Notes under the pieces: generated by a model
Database searches by the model: none
The model's input: the letters and a program-made list of their open reading frames with translations, nothing else
What the model was told of the DNA's origin: nothing
NCBI RefSeq assembly: GCF_036387595.1
Contig: NZ_DASVTL010000117.1
Coordinates: 18,573 to 82,572 of the forward strand
Reading direction: 5' to 3'
DNA: 64,000 nucleotides
Origin: Sphingomonas sp.
GTDB taxonomy: Bacteria; Pseudomonadota; Alphaproteobacteria; Sphingomonadales; Sphingomonadaceae
Made by a program: the position numbers and the translations under genes
Shown: positions 26,652 to 35,056 of the stretch, piece after piece
How positions within the stretch are numbered: position 1 is the stretch's first letter
Layout of the letters: each line of letters starts with the position of its first letter

Positions 26652-28787
26652 ATGAAGCTGATTAATCCACTGCTCCTGGGCGCAGCGCTCTATGGCATGC
26701 CTGCGACCGCTCAGACGGTGGCGCGCGCCGACGACATCGTCGTTACCGGGCAAAATATATCGACCGGCGCCGCCACCAAGACGGACACGCCGTCCATCCA
26801 AGTGCCGCAGCCGGTGACGGTGATCCCGGCGGACCTGTATGAGGCGCAGGGCGCCGTCTCGATCTCCGACACGCTCAACTATGTCGCCGGTGTGCAGTCC
26901 AATCCCTACGGCCCGGACAGCCGCGTCGACGGCGCCACGATCCGCGGCCTGAACGCGCTCCAATTCCGCGACGGCATGCGCGACATCTTCAGTTTCTACG
27001 CCAGCATCCGTGCCGATCCGTACAATTTCGACAGCGTGCAGGTGCTGCGCGGTCCCTCGTCGATGCTCTTTGGCCAGGGATCGCTCGGCGGCCTCGTCAA
27101 CCTCAATTCCAAGCTGCCTTCCGCGACCGCCGCGGGTGAGGTCGCGGTCCGGTACGGCAGTTTCGATCGCAAGGAGGCGCTGTTCGATTTCACCGGGCCG
27201 ATCGCGAGCGGATTGGCGGGGAGGATCGTGGCGCGAGTGCGGGATGCCGGCACGCAGACCGACTTCGTTCCCGACGACCGCGTGATGATCGCGCCGTCGC
27301 TCACCTGGTCGCCAGGCGGCGATACCGACGTGACGCTGCTGGGGCTGTATCAGCAGGACGATGGCGGCTCGACCGCGCAATTCCTGCCGCTGGTCGGCAC
27401 GATCCTTCCCAATGCGAACGGCCAATTGCCGAACGACCGCTTCATCGGCAAGCCGGGGTGGGATCGCTATGACGGTCGGCTGTTGCAGGGCACCGCACTG
27501 GTGACGCACCGTCTCGGTGAGCAAGCCAAGATCAGCCTGAAGGCCCGCTACATCGACAGCGACCTGACCTATCTGACGCATTATCCCAACAGCTATTCGA
27601 ACCCAGCCAATCCCTATGTGCTGCTGGACCCGGCCACGGGCATGCCGGTGGTCGATCCGCTCACCCGCGTGCCCGCGCGCGATCCCGAACAGCGGACGAT
27701 CGGACTCTATGCCGACGGCAGCACCGCGCGGATGGAGATATTTTCGAGCGACAATACCGTCCAGCTCGGCTTCGCAACCGGCAGCGCGATCGATCACGTC
27801 GTCCTCGCCGGCCTGGATTACAGCTGGAACCACGTCCGCAAGACCGGGGGCTTCGACCTCGAATATATCGACATCTACGACATCGATTATGGCGCGATAT
27901 CCGACTTCGGCGGTGGCTTGCCGCAACCTGCGGCGCCGTCGGCGGATGTCGAGCAGGATCAACTGGGTTTCTATCTGCAGGATCAGATCCGGCTTTGGGA
28001 CCGGGTGTCGGTCGTCCTGGGCGCGCGGCGCGACCGGGTGTCGACCAGTTCGTTCGGCGGGCCGCGCGTGGTGCAGAGCGCCACCACGTTCCGCGCCGGA
28101 GTGATCGGCGAGATCGTGGCCGGCATCTCCCCCTTCTTCAGCTACACCGAGAGTTTCGAGCCGATCGCGGGCGTCGCCAGCAACGGCAATCCCTTCGTGC
28201 CCAAGGCGGGAAGCCAGTATGAGGTCGGCATCAAATACCAGCCGAACGATGCGAGCATGATTACGGTGACCGGCTACCGCATCAAGGAAACCAACCGGCC
28301 GATCGACGATCCGGCGACGGCGGACCCGTTCGACCAGCGGCAGGCGGGCGCGCTCACCTCCCGCGGTGTCGAGTTCGAGGCGCGCACGACGCTGCCCGGC
28401 CAGGTCCAGCTGATCGCCAATTACAGCTATAACGAGGCCGAGATCGACGGCACGAACCGTCAGCTCGACAACGTGCCCAAGCACAATGCGTCGCTTTGGG
28501 CGGCACGACCCTTCATGCTGGCGAGCGGCGTGAGCCTGCGGATCGGCGCGGGCGTGCGCCATGCCGGTGAAAATCGGTCCTTCGGGCCTGCGTTTCCCGA
28601 CGGTATCGCGACGCCCGACTATACGCTGGTGGATGGCTTTGCAGAAATACGCTGGCGCCGCTGGGGCTTGGCGCTCAACGCCACGAACCTGCTCGGGAAG
28701 GATTATTATTCCGCCTGCCTGGCGCGGGGCGATTGTTTCGTCGGTGCCGAGCGCAATGTCTTCGGCACGCTGCGCTACCGGTTCTGA
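26652..28787 (+). CDS. TonB-dependent siderophore receptor
   Basis: Signal peptide MKLINPLLLGAALYGMPATAQ. DDIVVTGQ is a TonB-box-like motif, and VQVLRGPSSMLFGQGSLGGLVNL is a plug motif. The C-terminus ends GTLRYRF. The ~700-aa size and the PepSY partner downstream fit the siderophore class. Confidence 0.9.
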   Translation: MKLINPLLLGAALYGMPATAQTVARADDIVVTGQNISTGAATKTDTPSIQVPQPVTVIPADLYEAQGAVSISDTLNYVAGVQSNPYGPDSRVDGATIRGLNALQFRDGMRDIFSFYASIRADPYNFDSVQVLRGPSSMLFGQGSLGGLVNLNSKLPSATAAGEVAVRYGSFDRKEALFDFTGPIASGLAGRIVARVRDAGTQTDFVPDDRVMIAPSLTWSPGGDTDVTLLGLYQQDDGGSTAQFLPLVGTILPNANGQLPNDRFIGKPGWDRYDGRLLQGTALVTHRLGEQAKISLKARYIDSDLTYLTHYPNSYSNPANPYVLLDPATGMPVVDPLTRVPARDPEQRTIGLYADGSTARMEIFSSDNTVQLGFATGSAIDHVVLAGLDYSWNHVRKTGGFDLEYIDIYDIDYGAISDFGGGLPQPAAPSADVEQDQLGFYLQDQIRLWDRVSVVLGARRDRVSTSSFGGPRVVQSATTFRAGVIGEIVAGISPFFSYTESFEPIAGVASNGNPFVPKAGSQYEVGIKYQPNDASMITVTGYRIKETNRPIDDPATADPFDQRQAGALTSRGVEFEARTTLPGQVQLIANYSYNEAEIDGTNRQLDNVPKHNASLWAARPFMLASGVSLRIGAGVRHAGENRSFGPAFPDGIATPDYTLVDGFAEIRWRRWGLALNATNLLGKDYYSACLARGDCFVGAERNVFGTLRYRF

Positions 28788-29368
28788 TGGAATATGGATC
28801 GGCTCTGTTGTGGGTAGCCGGTGCGCTGGGCGCCGGCGCGGTCGGCGTGCTTCGCTACGCCTGGTCGCAGCCGCGCCGCGTCCGCGCCCTGAACGTCGTC
28901 GCATGGGCGATGCTCCTGGGCGCATTGCTCTGCGGCGGGTGGCTGGAGGGGGCGTGGGGAATTTCGATCGTGTCGCTGGCGATCATCGGCGCGGCATTCG
29001 TGTCGCTGGCGATTGCAGGCATCCGATCGCCGTCGGGGCGCCGCGTTCAATCCGATCGCCGTTCGGGCATGACGCCGCAGCCCGCTGCGCCGCGCCGCGT
29101 CGGTCGCCGCTTCGCGACCTTCCTGCTAGTCATGCCCGGCGGACTCGCTGCTTCGATCGCGCTGGGTCTGGCGATGCGCGGATCGGGTATGGCGCTGGAA
29201 TGGGGTGAGGCGAATGCCAATGTCGCGGCGCTCTATACCGTCCCGCTGGCCTGGGCGATGCTGGCCACGATCGTGCTGATGCAGGCCGATCGTCGCCGCC
29301 AGATCGCGACGCTGCTGGCATGCGGCTTGGTGGGCGTGCCGTTCCTTCTGACAGGATTCGGTTCATGA
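28787..29368 (+). CDS. Multi-pass membrane protein (DUF3325-like placement)
   Basis: The ATG overlaps the receptor stop (TGATG). Several hydrophobic helices are present. It sits between the receptor and the PepSY protein. Confidence 0.6.
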   Translation: MEYGSALLWVAGALGAGAVGVLRYAWSQPRRVRALNVVAWAMLLGALLCGGWLEGAWGISIVSLAIIGAAFVSLAIAGIRSPSGRRVQSDRRSGMTPQPAAPRRVGRRFATFLLVMPGGLAASIALGLAMRGSGMALEWGEANANVAALYTVPLAWAMLATIVLMQADRRRQIATLLACGLVGVPFLLTGFGS

Positions 29369-30648
29369 CGATCGCGCCGAACGCCGCCACGGTAAGGAAT
29401 GCGCTGTCCGCGCATGCCGCCATCGGCCTGCTGGCCGGCGCGCTGCTGTATCTGGTCTGCCTCAGTGGTACTCTGCTGGTCTTCCACGAGGAATGGCAGC
29501 GGATCGAACAGCGCGATGCGCCGGAAATGGCGCGCGTCGATCCGCAAGCCGTGCAGCGCGGCCTGACCGCGGTGCTGGACCGCGAGAAGGGCAAGCCGCC
29601 CACCACCCACCTCTACGTACATCTGCCGACCCCCGCACTCCCGCGCCTGACCGTCACCACCGATAGCCAGGCGGTGCACCTCGACGCGCAGGGCAGGATC
29701 GCCGGTCCCGAGGAGAACAGATGGTCGGAATTTCTCTATGCCCTGCATTATACGCTGCACCTGCCGGGGGTGATCGGCATCACGATCGTTGGCGTGCTGG
29801 GGATGCTGATCGTGGCGCTTTCGATCACCGGGCTGATCGCGCACCCGCGCATCTTTCGCGACGCATTCCGCCTGCGCACGCGGCACAGCGGCGGCGTCGC
29901 GCTTGCCGACTGGCACAACCGGCTCAGCGTCTGGACGCTGCCCTTCGGCCTGGCCATCGCGATCACCGGCGCGGCGATCGGGCTTGCCAGCATCACTGCC
30001 TATGCCGTGGCGCAGCGTTATTACGCGGGCAATCTCGCGGCGGTCTATGCGCCGATCTTCGGTGGCGAAGCCAAGCCGAACCCGGCGAAGGCGCCGGTCG
30101 CCGACGCGGCGGCGGCGCTTCGCCAGATGCAGGTCCGCTATCCGGCGGTGCAGGTCACCTATGTCACGCTCCACGATCCCGGCACGCTGGGCCAGCATGT
30201 CCAGATCGCCGGCGGCCATTCGCGGCGGCTGATCTTTGGCGAATATTATATGTTTGACGCGGCCGGGCGGTTCATGGGGGCGGCGGGTCTGGCGGACGGG
30301 GCGCTGGGGCAGCAGGCGGCGGCCTCCAACTACAATCTGCACTTCGGCAATTACGGCGGGCTGCCGATCAAGATCGCCTATTGCCTATTCGGCCTGGCAT
30401 TGACGATCGTCACCGCGACGGGCGTCTATATCTGGCTCGGCAAGCGGCGGCGCAGGGGGCTGTGCGAGCCGCGCCTGCTCGGCGCCTGGCACGGCCTGGT
30501 CTGGGGCGCGCCGGCCGCGCTGGCGGTGACGCTGGTCGTGCGCTTTCTCATCGGCAACGCCGCGCCGTTCACCGCCATCTTCTGGTGTGGCCTGCTGCTC
30601 GCGATCGTCTTTGGCGTATTGCAGCACGGCAGGCCGTTGGTGCGATGA
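29365..30648 (+). CDS. PepSY-associated TM-helix protein (PiuB-like iron-regulated membrane protein)
   Basis: ATGA overlap with the upstream gene. The N-terminus AHAAIGLLAGALLYLVCLSGTLLVFHEEW and the YALHYTLHLPG motif are typical of this family. Confidence 0.8.
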   Translation: MTIAPNAATVRNALSAHAAIGLLAGALLYLVCLSGTLLVFHEEWQRIEQRDAPEMARVDPQAVQRGLTAVLDREKGKPPTTHLYVHLPTPALPRLTVTTDSQAVHLDAQGRIAGPEENRWSEFLYALHYTLHLPGVIGITIVGVLGMLIVALSITGLIAHPRIFRDAFRLRTRHSGGVALADWHNRLSVWTLPFGLAIAITGAAIGLASITAYAVAQRYYAGNLAAVYAPIFGGEAKPNPAKAPVADAAAALRQMQVRYPAVQVTYVTLHDPGTLGQHVQIAGGHSRRLIFGEYYMFDAAGRFMGAAGLADGALGQQAAASNYNLHFGNYGGLPIKIAYCLFGLALTIVTATGVYIWLGKRRRRGLCEPRLLGAWHGLVWGAPAALAVTLVVRFLIGNAAPFTAIFWCGLLLAIVFGVLQHGRPLVR

Positions 30649-30675
30649 CCTCGGCCCGGTCTGAGGATGCAAGAT

Positions 30676-30789
30676 CACCGCCTCCCCGGCGACGGCAGGG
30701 GCCCAGGCTGGCGTACGTAAATGGCAGGGTTCGTCCTGACCTCGCACGACCTGTGCGCCTGGGCCCCGGCCTTCGCCAGGGAGGCGGTG
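30676..30789. repeat. Long imperfect inverted repeat (33-nt arms, 30/33 complementary, 48-nt loop)
   Basis: Arm 30676-30708 (CACCGCCTCCCCGGCGACGGCAGGGGCCCAGGC) pairs with arm 30757-30789 (GCCTGGGCCCCGGCCTTCGCCAGGGAGGCGGTG), aligned by hand. It lies in the 211-bp gap between convergent genes. Confidence 0.6.
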
Positions 30790-30859
30790 GCTATTCAAGG
30801 CGTATCAACTTGGTCGCGAACGGTTCTCAAGACGAACGGGTTGAACTCGGATCACCGCG

Positions 30860-31288
30860 CTAAGCGCCGCCTCCATCGCGGGCGAACCGGCGCATGGCGT
30901 CCAGCGTCTCGGCGCTGAGATGATGTTCGAGGCCCTCGGCGTCAATCTCCGCGATGTCGCTCGACACGCCGAGCGTGGTCAGGAAGCGGACGACGACTTC
31001 GTGGCGTTCCTTCGATTCGGCGGCCATCGCTGCACCCTGCGCGGTCAGGAAGATCGACCGATAGGGCCGCATCTCGATGAGGTCGTCGCGCTTCAGGCGG
31101 TTCAGCGTGTTGGCGACGGTGGCGGGCGTCACGCCAAGGCGCTCGGCCAGGTCGGTGGCGCGCGCCTCACCCGTTTCGGCGATCAGATCGGCGATCAGTT
31201 CGACATAATCCTCCTGCACCTCGGTACGGTGCGCCAGGCGGACGCGTGCGAAACGACGCGCCTGTTCTCCTGCATCCGGCAACGCCAC
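30860..31288 (-). CDS. mntR: Manganese-responsive transcriptional regulator, DtxR family
   Basis: ORF 30860..31351. GTG at 31288 is preceded by AGGAGA. HRTEVQEDYVELIADLIAETGEARATDLAERLGVTPATVANTLNRLKRDDLIEMRPYR...DAEGLEHHLS parallels E. coli MntR. Confidence 0.85.
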   Translation of the reverse strand: MALPDAGEQARRFARVRLAHRTEVQEDYVELIADLIAETGEARATDLAERLGVTPATVANTLNRLKRDDLIEMRPYRSIFLTAQGAAMAAESKERHEVVVRFLTTLGVSSDIAEIDAEGLEHHLSAETLDAMRRFARDGGGA

Positions 31289-31344
31289 GCGGCAATCTCC
31301 TCTAGATGTCGGTATCTCGCACAACCCAGTATAATAACCAAACA

Positions 31345-31358
31345 TTAGCACTGGCTAA
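31345..31358. promoter_or_regulatory. Candidate MntR operator in the mntR/mntH divergent region
   Basis: Perfect palindrome TTAGC-ACTG-GCTAA within AACATTAGCACTGGCTAAAC. It resembles the E. coli mntH MntR box (AACATAGC-N4-GCTATGTT, from memory). Confidence 0.55.
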
Positions 31359-31406
31359 ACTTACGAGCATGTGCATAAGGCTCGTCCGAAAGCCGCGGAG
31401 GTGTGA

Positions 31407-32744
31407 ATGGACAAGCCTGCTCCCCCCACGCGCGCGTGGCGCACGCAATCGGGATCGAGCCTTCCGGAAGTGTTCCGCACCATCGCGATTCCCCGCGACG
31501 CGCGCTTCTGGACCAAGCTCGGCGCGTTTTCCGGCCCCGGCTATCTGGTCGCTGTCGGCTATATGGACCCCGGCAACTGGGCGACCGATCTGGCGGGCGG
31601 ATCGCAATTCGGCTATACGCTGCTCTCGGTCATCCTGCTGTCGAACATCATGGCGATCGTGCTTCAGGCGCTGTCGGCCAAGCTCGGCATCGTCACCGGC
31701 CGCGACCTGGCCCAGGCGTGCCGCGACCATTACAGCCGCCCGGTCGGCTTCATGCTGTGGGTCGCGTGCGAACTGGCCATCGTCGCGTGCGACCTGGCCG
31801 AGGTGATCGGCACGGCCATCGCGCTGCAGCTGCTGTTCGGGATTCCGCTGGTCTGGGGGGTGTGCCTGACCGCGCTCGACGTGCTGCTGATCCTGCTGCT
31901 CCAGCAACGCGGCTTTCGCAAGCTGGAGGCGTTCATCATCGCCTTGCTCGTCATCATCGCGGGCTGTTTCGTGGTCGAATTGGCGCTGTCGCAGCCTGCG
32001 ATCGGCGACGTGCTGCGCGGCTATCTGCCCACCGCGCAGGTGGTGACGAACCCCGCGATGCTCTACATCGCGATCGGTATCCTGGGGGCGACCGTCATGC
32101 CCCACAATCTCTATCTCCATTCGTCGATCGTGCAGACCCGCGCGTTCGAGCGCGACGATGCCGGGCGGCGCGAGGCGATCCGCTATGCCACGCTGGACAG
32201 CACGGTCGCGCTGATGCTGGCGCTGTTCATCAATTCGGCGATCCTGATCCTGGCCGCATCGACGTTCTACGTCGCCGGGCGCACCGACGTGGCCGAGATC
32301 GGCGACGCCTATCAGCTGCTGACGCCGATGCTCGGCGCAGGCATCGCGAGCACGCTGTTCGCGGTAGCGTTGCTGGCATCGGGACAGAATTCGACGATCA
32401 CCGCCACGCTGGCCGGGCAGATCGTCATGGAAGGATTCCTCAAAATCCGGCTGCCCGCGTGGCAACGGCGGCTGATTACCCGCCTGCTCGCCATCATCCC
32501 GGCGGTGAGCGTGGCAATCCTCTATGGCGACCGCGGGACCACGCAATTGCTGGTGCTCAGTCAGGTGGTGCTGTCGATGCAGCTTCCCTTCGCCGTCATC
32601 CCGCTGGTCGCCTTCACCAGCAACCGCGCCAAGATGGGCAAGTTCGTCAATCCGGGGTGGCTGAAATGGTCCGCGTGGATCATCGCGGCGGTGATCGTCG
32701 GACTGAACGTCAAGCTGCTCGCGACCTTCGTGGGGCTGGTCTGA
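31407..32744 (+). CDS. mntH: Nramp-family divalent metal (Mn2+) transporter
   Basis: GGAGGTG serves as the RBS. The [28 protein letters not shown] signature and about 11 TM helices are present. Confidence 0.95.
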   Translation: MDKPAPPTRAWRTQSGSSLPEVFRTIAIPRDARFWTKLGAFSGPGYLVAVGYMDPGNWATDLAGGSQFGYTLLSVILLSNIMAIVLQALSAKLGIVTGRDLAQACRDHYSRPVGFMLWVACELAIVACDLAEVIGTAIALQLLFGIPLVWGVCLTALDVLLILLLQQRGFRKLEAFIIALLVIIAGCFVVELALSQPAIGDVLRGYLPTAQVVTNPAMLYIAIGILGATVMPHNLYLHSSIVQTRAFERDDAGRREAIRYATLDSTVALMLALFINSAILILAASTFYVAGRTDVAEIGDAYQLLTPMLGAGIASTLFAVALLASGQNSTITATLAGQIVMEGFLKIRLPAWQRRLITRLLAIIPAVSVAILYGDRGTTQLLVLSQVVLSMQLPFAVIPLVAFTSNRAKMGKFVNPGWLKWSAWIIAAVIVGLNVKLLATFVGLV

Positions 32745-33535
32745 TGCGCGCGCTGATTGCGCTGTGTCTGCTCGCCGCGCCGCTGCCGGCGTTCGCGCAG
32801 GCGGGCACGCAAACCCGCCGCGAGATGTCGACGGACCGCCCGGACAAGACCGAGTCGCCCTATACCGTGGATGAGGGCCGCTTTCAGTTCGAGCTGGATT
32901 TCGCGACCTATACGCGGGACCGGGCGGAGGGCGTGCTGGACGAAACCTACGCGATCATGCCGGTCAATCTGAAATATGGCATCGGCCGCGATACCGATCT
33001 GCAGGTCATCGTCGAACCGTATCTGCGCCGGATCGCGACGGACGGGCGCGCGGGAGCGCGGGATACCACCGACGGGTTCGGCGACGTCACCGTCCGGCTG
33101 AAACACAATCTGTGGGGCAACGACGGGGGCGGCACCGCATTGGGGATCATGCCGTTCGTCCGATTGCCGACGAACAGCGCGGACCTGGGGAGCCGCAAGG
33201 CCGAGTTCGGCGTCATCGTCCCGCTGGCGATCAAGCTGTCCGAGAGCATCGACCTGGGCCTGATGACCGAAGTCGATATGGTGGAGGACGACGACGCGCG
33301 GAGCTATCGGGCGAGCTTCGTCAATTCGGCCACGCTCGGCTTCTCGCTCACCGATCGGCTGGGTCTCTATACCGAATTGTTCACCGAACGCGGGGAGGAT
33401 TGGATCGTCACCGGGGACGTCGGCGTGACCTACGCCCTGTCCGATTACACGCAAATCGACTTTGGCGCGAACATCGGCATCACGCGGGCGGCCGACGATC
33501 TGGGCATCTTCGCCGGATTGTCGAGGCGGTTCTGA
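32744..33535 (+). CDS. Outer-membrane beta-barrel protein (transporter / MetA-pathway-like barrel family, tentative)
   Basis: The ATG overlaps the mntH stop (TGATG). The signal peptide is [19 protein letters not shown]. Beta-strands alternate and the C-terminus ends GLSRRF. Confidence 0.75.
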   Translation: MRALIALCLLAAPLPAFAQAGTQTRREMSTDRPDKTESPYTVDEGRFQFELDFATYTRDRAEGVLDETYAIMPVNLKYGIGRDTDLQVIVEPYLRRIATDGRAGARDTTDGFGDVTVRLKHNLWGNDGGGTALGIMPFVRLPTNSADLGSRKAEFGVIVPLAIKLSESIDLGLMTEVDMVEDDDARSYRASFVNSATLGFSLTDRLGLYTELFTERGEDWIVTGDVGVTYALSDYTQIDFGANIGITRAADDLGIFAGLSRRF

Positions 33536-33552
33536 GCGGCGGTGCGGTATCC

Positions 33553-34065
33553 ATGCGGACGTGCCTGATCCTGGGCGGCGCGCGATCGGGCAAAAGCCGG
33601 CGGGCGCTGGAGATCGCGGAGACCTGCTCGGGCGCGCTGCATTTCGTGGCGACCGCGCAGGCGTTCGATGCAGAGATGGCCGAGCGCATCGCGCGACACC
33701 GGGCGGAACGCGACGCGCGTTGGACGACGACCGAGGCGCCGATCGATCTGCCCGATGCGATCGCGGGCGCGAGCGACGGCCATGCAGTGCTGCTGGTCGA
33801 CTGCCTGACCTTGTGGCTGTCCAACCTGATGCTTGGCGGCCACGACGTCGATCGGGCGACGCGCAGTCTGCTCGATCAGGTGGCCGCACCCCGGTCGGCC
33901 ATGCTGCTGTTCGTCTCGAACGAGCTCGGCCTGGGGCTGGTGCCCGAAACGCCGCTGGGGCGCCAGTTCCGCGACGAGCAGGGCCGGCTGAACCAGCGTA
34001 TCGCCGCGCTGGTCGGTCGGGTGGAGTTCGTCGCGGCGGGATTGCCGCTGGTGCTCAAGGGGTAG
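33553..34065 (+). CDS. cobU: Bifunctional adenosylcobinamide kinase / adenosylcobinamide-phosphate guanylyltransferase
   Basis: MRTCLILGGARSGKSRRALEIAE carries the P-loop. LLVDCLTLWLSNLM and FVSNELGLGLVPETPLGRQFRDEQGRLNQ are also present. Confidence 0.9.
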   Translation: MRTCLILGGARSGKSRRALEIAETCSGALHFVATAQAFDAEMAERIARHRAERDARWTTTEAPIDLPDAIAGASDGHAVLLVDCLTLWLSNLMLGGHDVDRATRSLLDQVAAPRSAMLLFVSNELGLGLVPETPLGRQFRDEQGRLNQRIAALVGRVEFVAAGLPLVLKG

Positions 34066-35056
34066 ATTCCAGCGCCGCTGCCAGCCGTGCCAGCGCGGCC
34101 GGGCCGGCGGGCAGGCCGATGCGCAGGCGATCGGGCGGGTCGGCGAAGCGGCGGACGTAGATCCCGGCGGCGGCAAGCACCGCCCAACGCCGGTGCGCGT
34201 CCCCAACCGCGACGAAGCGGAACAAAGGCGTCCCGCCTGCGACCGTCAGTCCATTGCCCGCCAGCACCGCGTCGAGCGCCGCGGTTTCCCGGGCCAGCCG
34301 GTCTAGGGTCTCGCGCCGCCAGTCCTCATCGGCATAAGCGACGCTGCCCAGCTTCAGCGCCGGTCCCGATACGCTCCATCCGCCGAGCAGCATCGCCATC
34401 GCGTCGAGCGTCCCCGCAGACCCAAGTAACGCCGCCAGCCTCAGCCCCGCCAGGCCGTAGAACTTGCCAAACGAGCGCAGGACCACCAGCCCGTCCATGC
34501 CGGCCCGCGCGGCGATAGACAGGTCGGACGCGACCTCGGCGAAAGCCTCGTCCACCACCATCCATCCGCCCCGCGCAGCCTGAACATCGGCTGCGGCGCA
34601 CACCATGTCGGGCGAAACCGTCCGGCCATCGGGGTTGTTGGGGTTGCACAGCACGATCGCCCCCGCCCGTGTATCGAGTGCGGCCTCCAGCGTCGGTACG
34701 GCGACGACCGTCCGGCCCGCGGCAGTCCAGGCGCGCGCATGGTCGCCATAGGTGGGCGACACGATCGCGACGCTCGCCGCGCCCAGGACCAGCGGGAGCA
34801 GGCGGATCGCGATTTCGCTGCCCGGCACCGGCAGGATCGCCGCCACGTCTGCCCCGAACGCGGTCGCCATCGCGTGGGCGCATGTCCGACGGGCTTCGAT
34901 GGTCGGCAGCCGCGTCCAATCCGCGCCGGTAATCGCGTCGAGCGGATAGGGCCGGGGGTTGATCCCGGTGGACAGATCCACCCACGGTTCGGGCGCATCG
35001 GGAAAGGCGCGCCGCATCGCGTCCAGCGCGCCGCCGTGGACGAGGTCGTCGCTCAC
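34055..35056 (-). CDS. cobD: L-threonine-O-3-phosphate decarboxylase (class I/II aminotransferase fold; Salmonella nomenclature CobD)
   Basis: Within ORF 34055..35314, GTG at 35056 overlaps the cbiB stop (GTGA). VHGGALDAMRRAFPDAPEPWVDLSTGINPRPYPL and the SFGKFYGLAGLRLA pyridoxal-Lys region are present. Confidence 0.85.
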   Translation of the reverse strand: MSDDLVHGGALDAMRRAFPDAPEPWVDLSTGINPRPYPLDAITGADWTRLPTIEARRTCAHAMATAFGADVAAILPVPGSEIAIRLLPLVLGAASVAIVSPTYGDHARAWTAAGRTVVAVPTLEAALDTRAGAIVLCNPNNPDGRTVSPDMVCAAADVQAARGGWMVVDEAFAEVASDLSIAARAGMDGLVVLRSFGKFYGLAGLRLAALLGSAGTLDAMAMLLGGWSVSGPALKLGSVAYADEDWRRETLDRLARETAALDAVLAGNGLTVAGGTPLFRFVAVGDAHRRWAVLAAAGIYVRRFADPPDRLRIGLPAGPAALARLAAALESTP

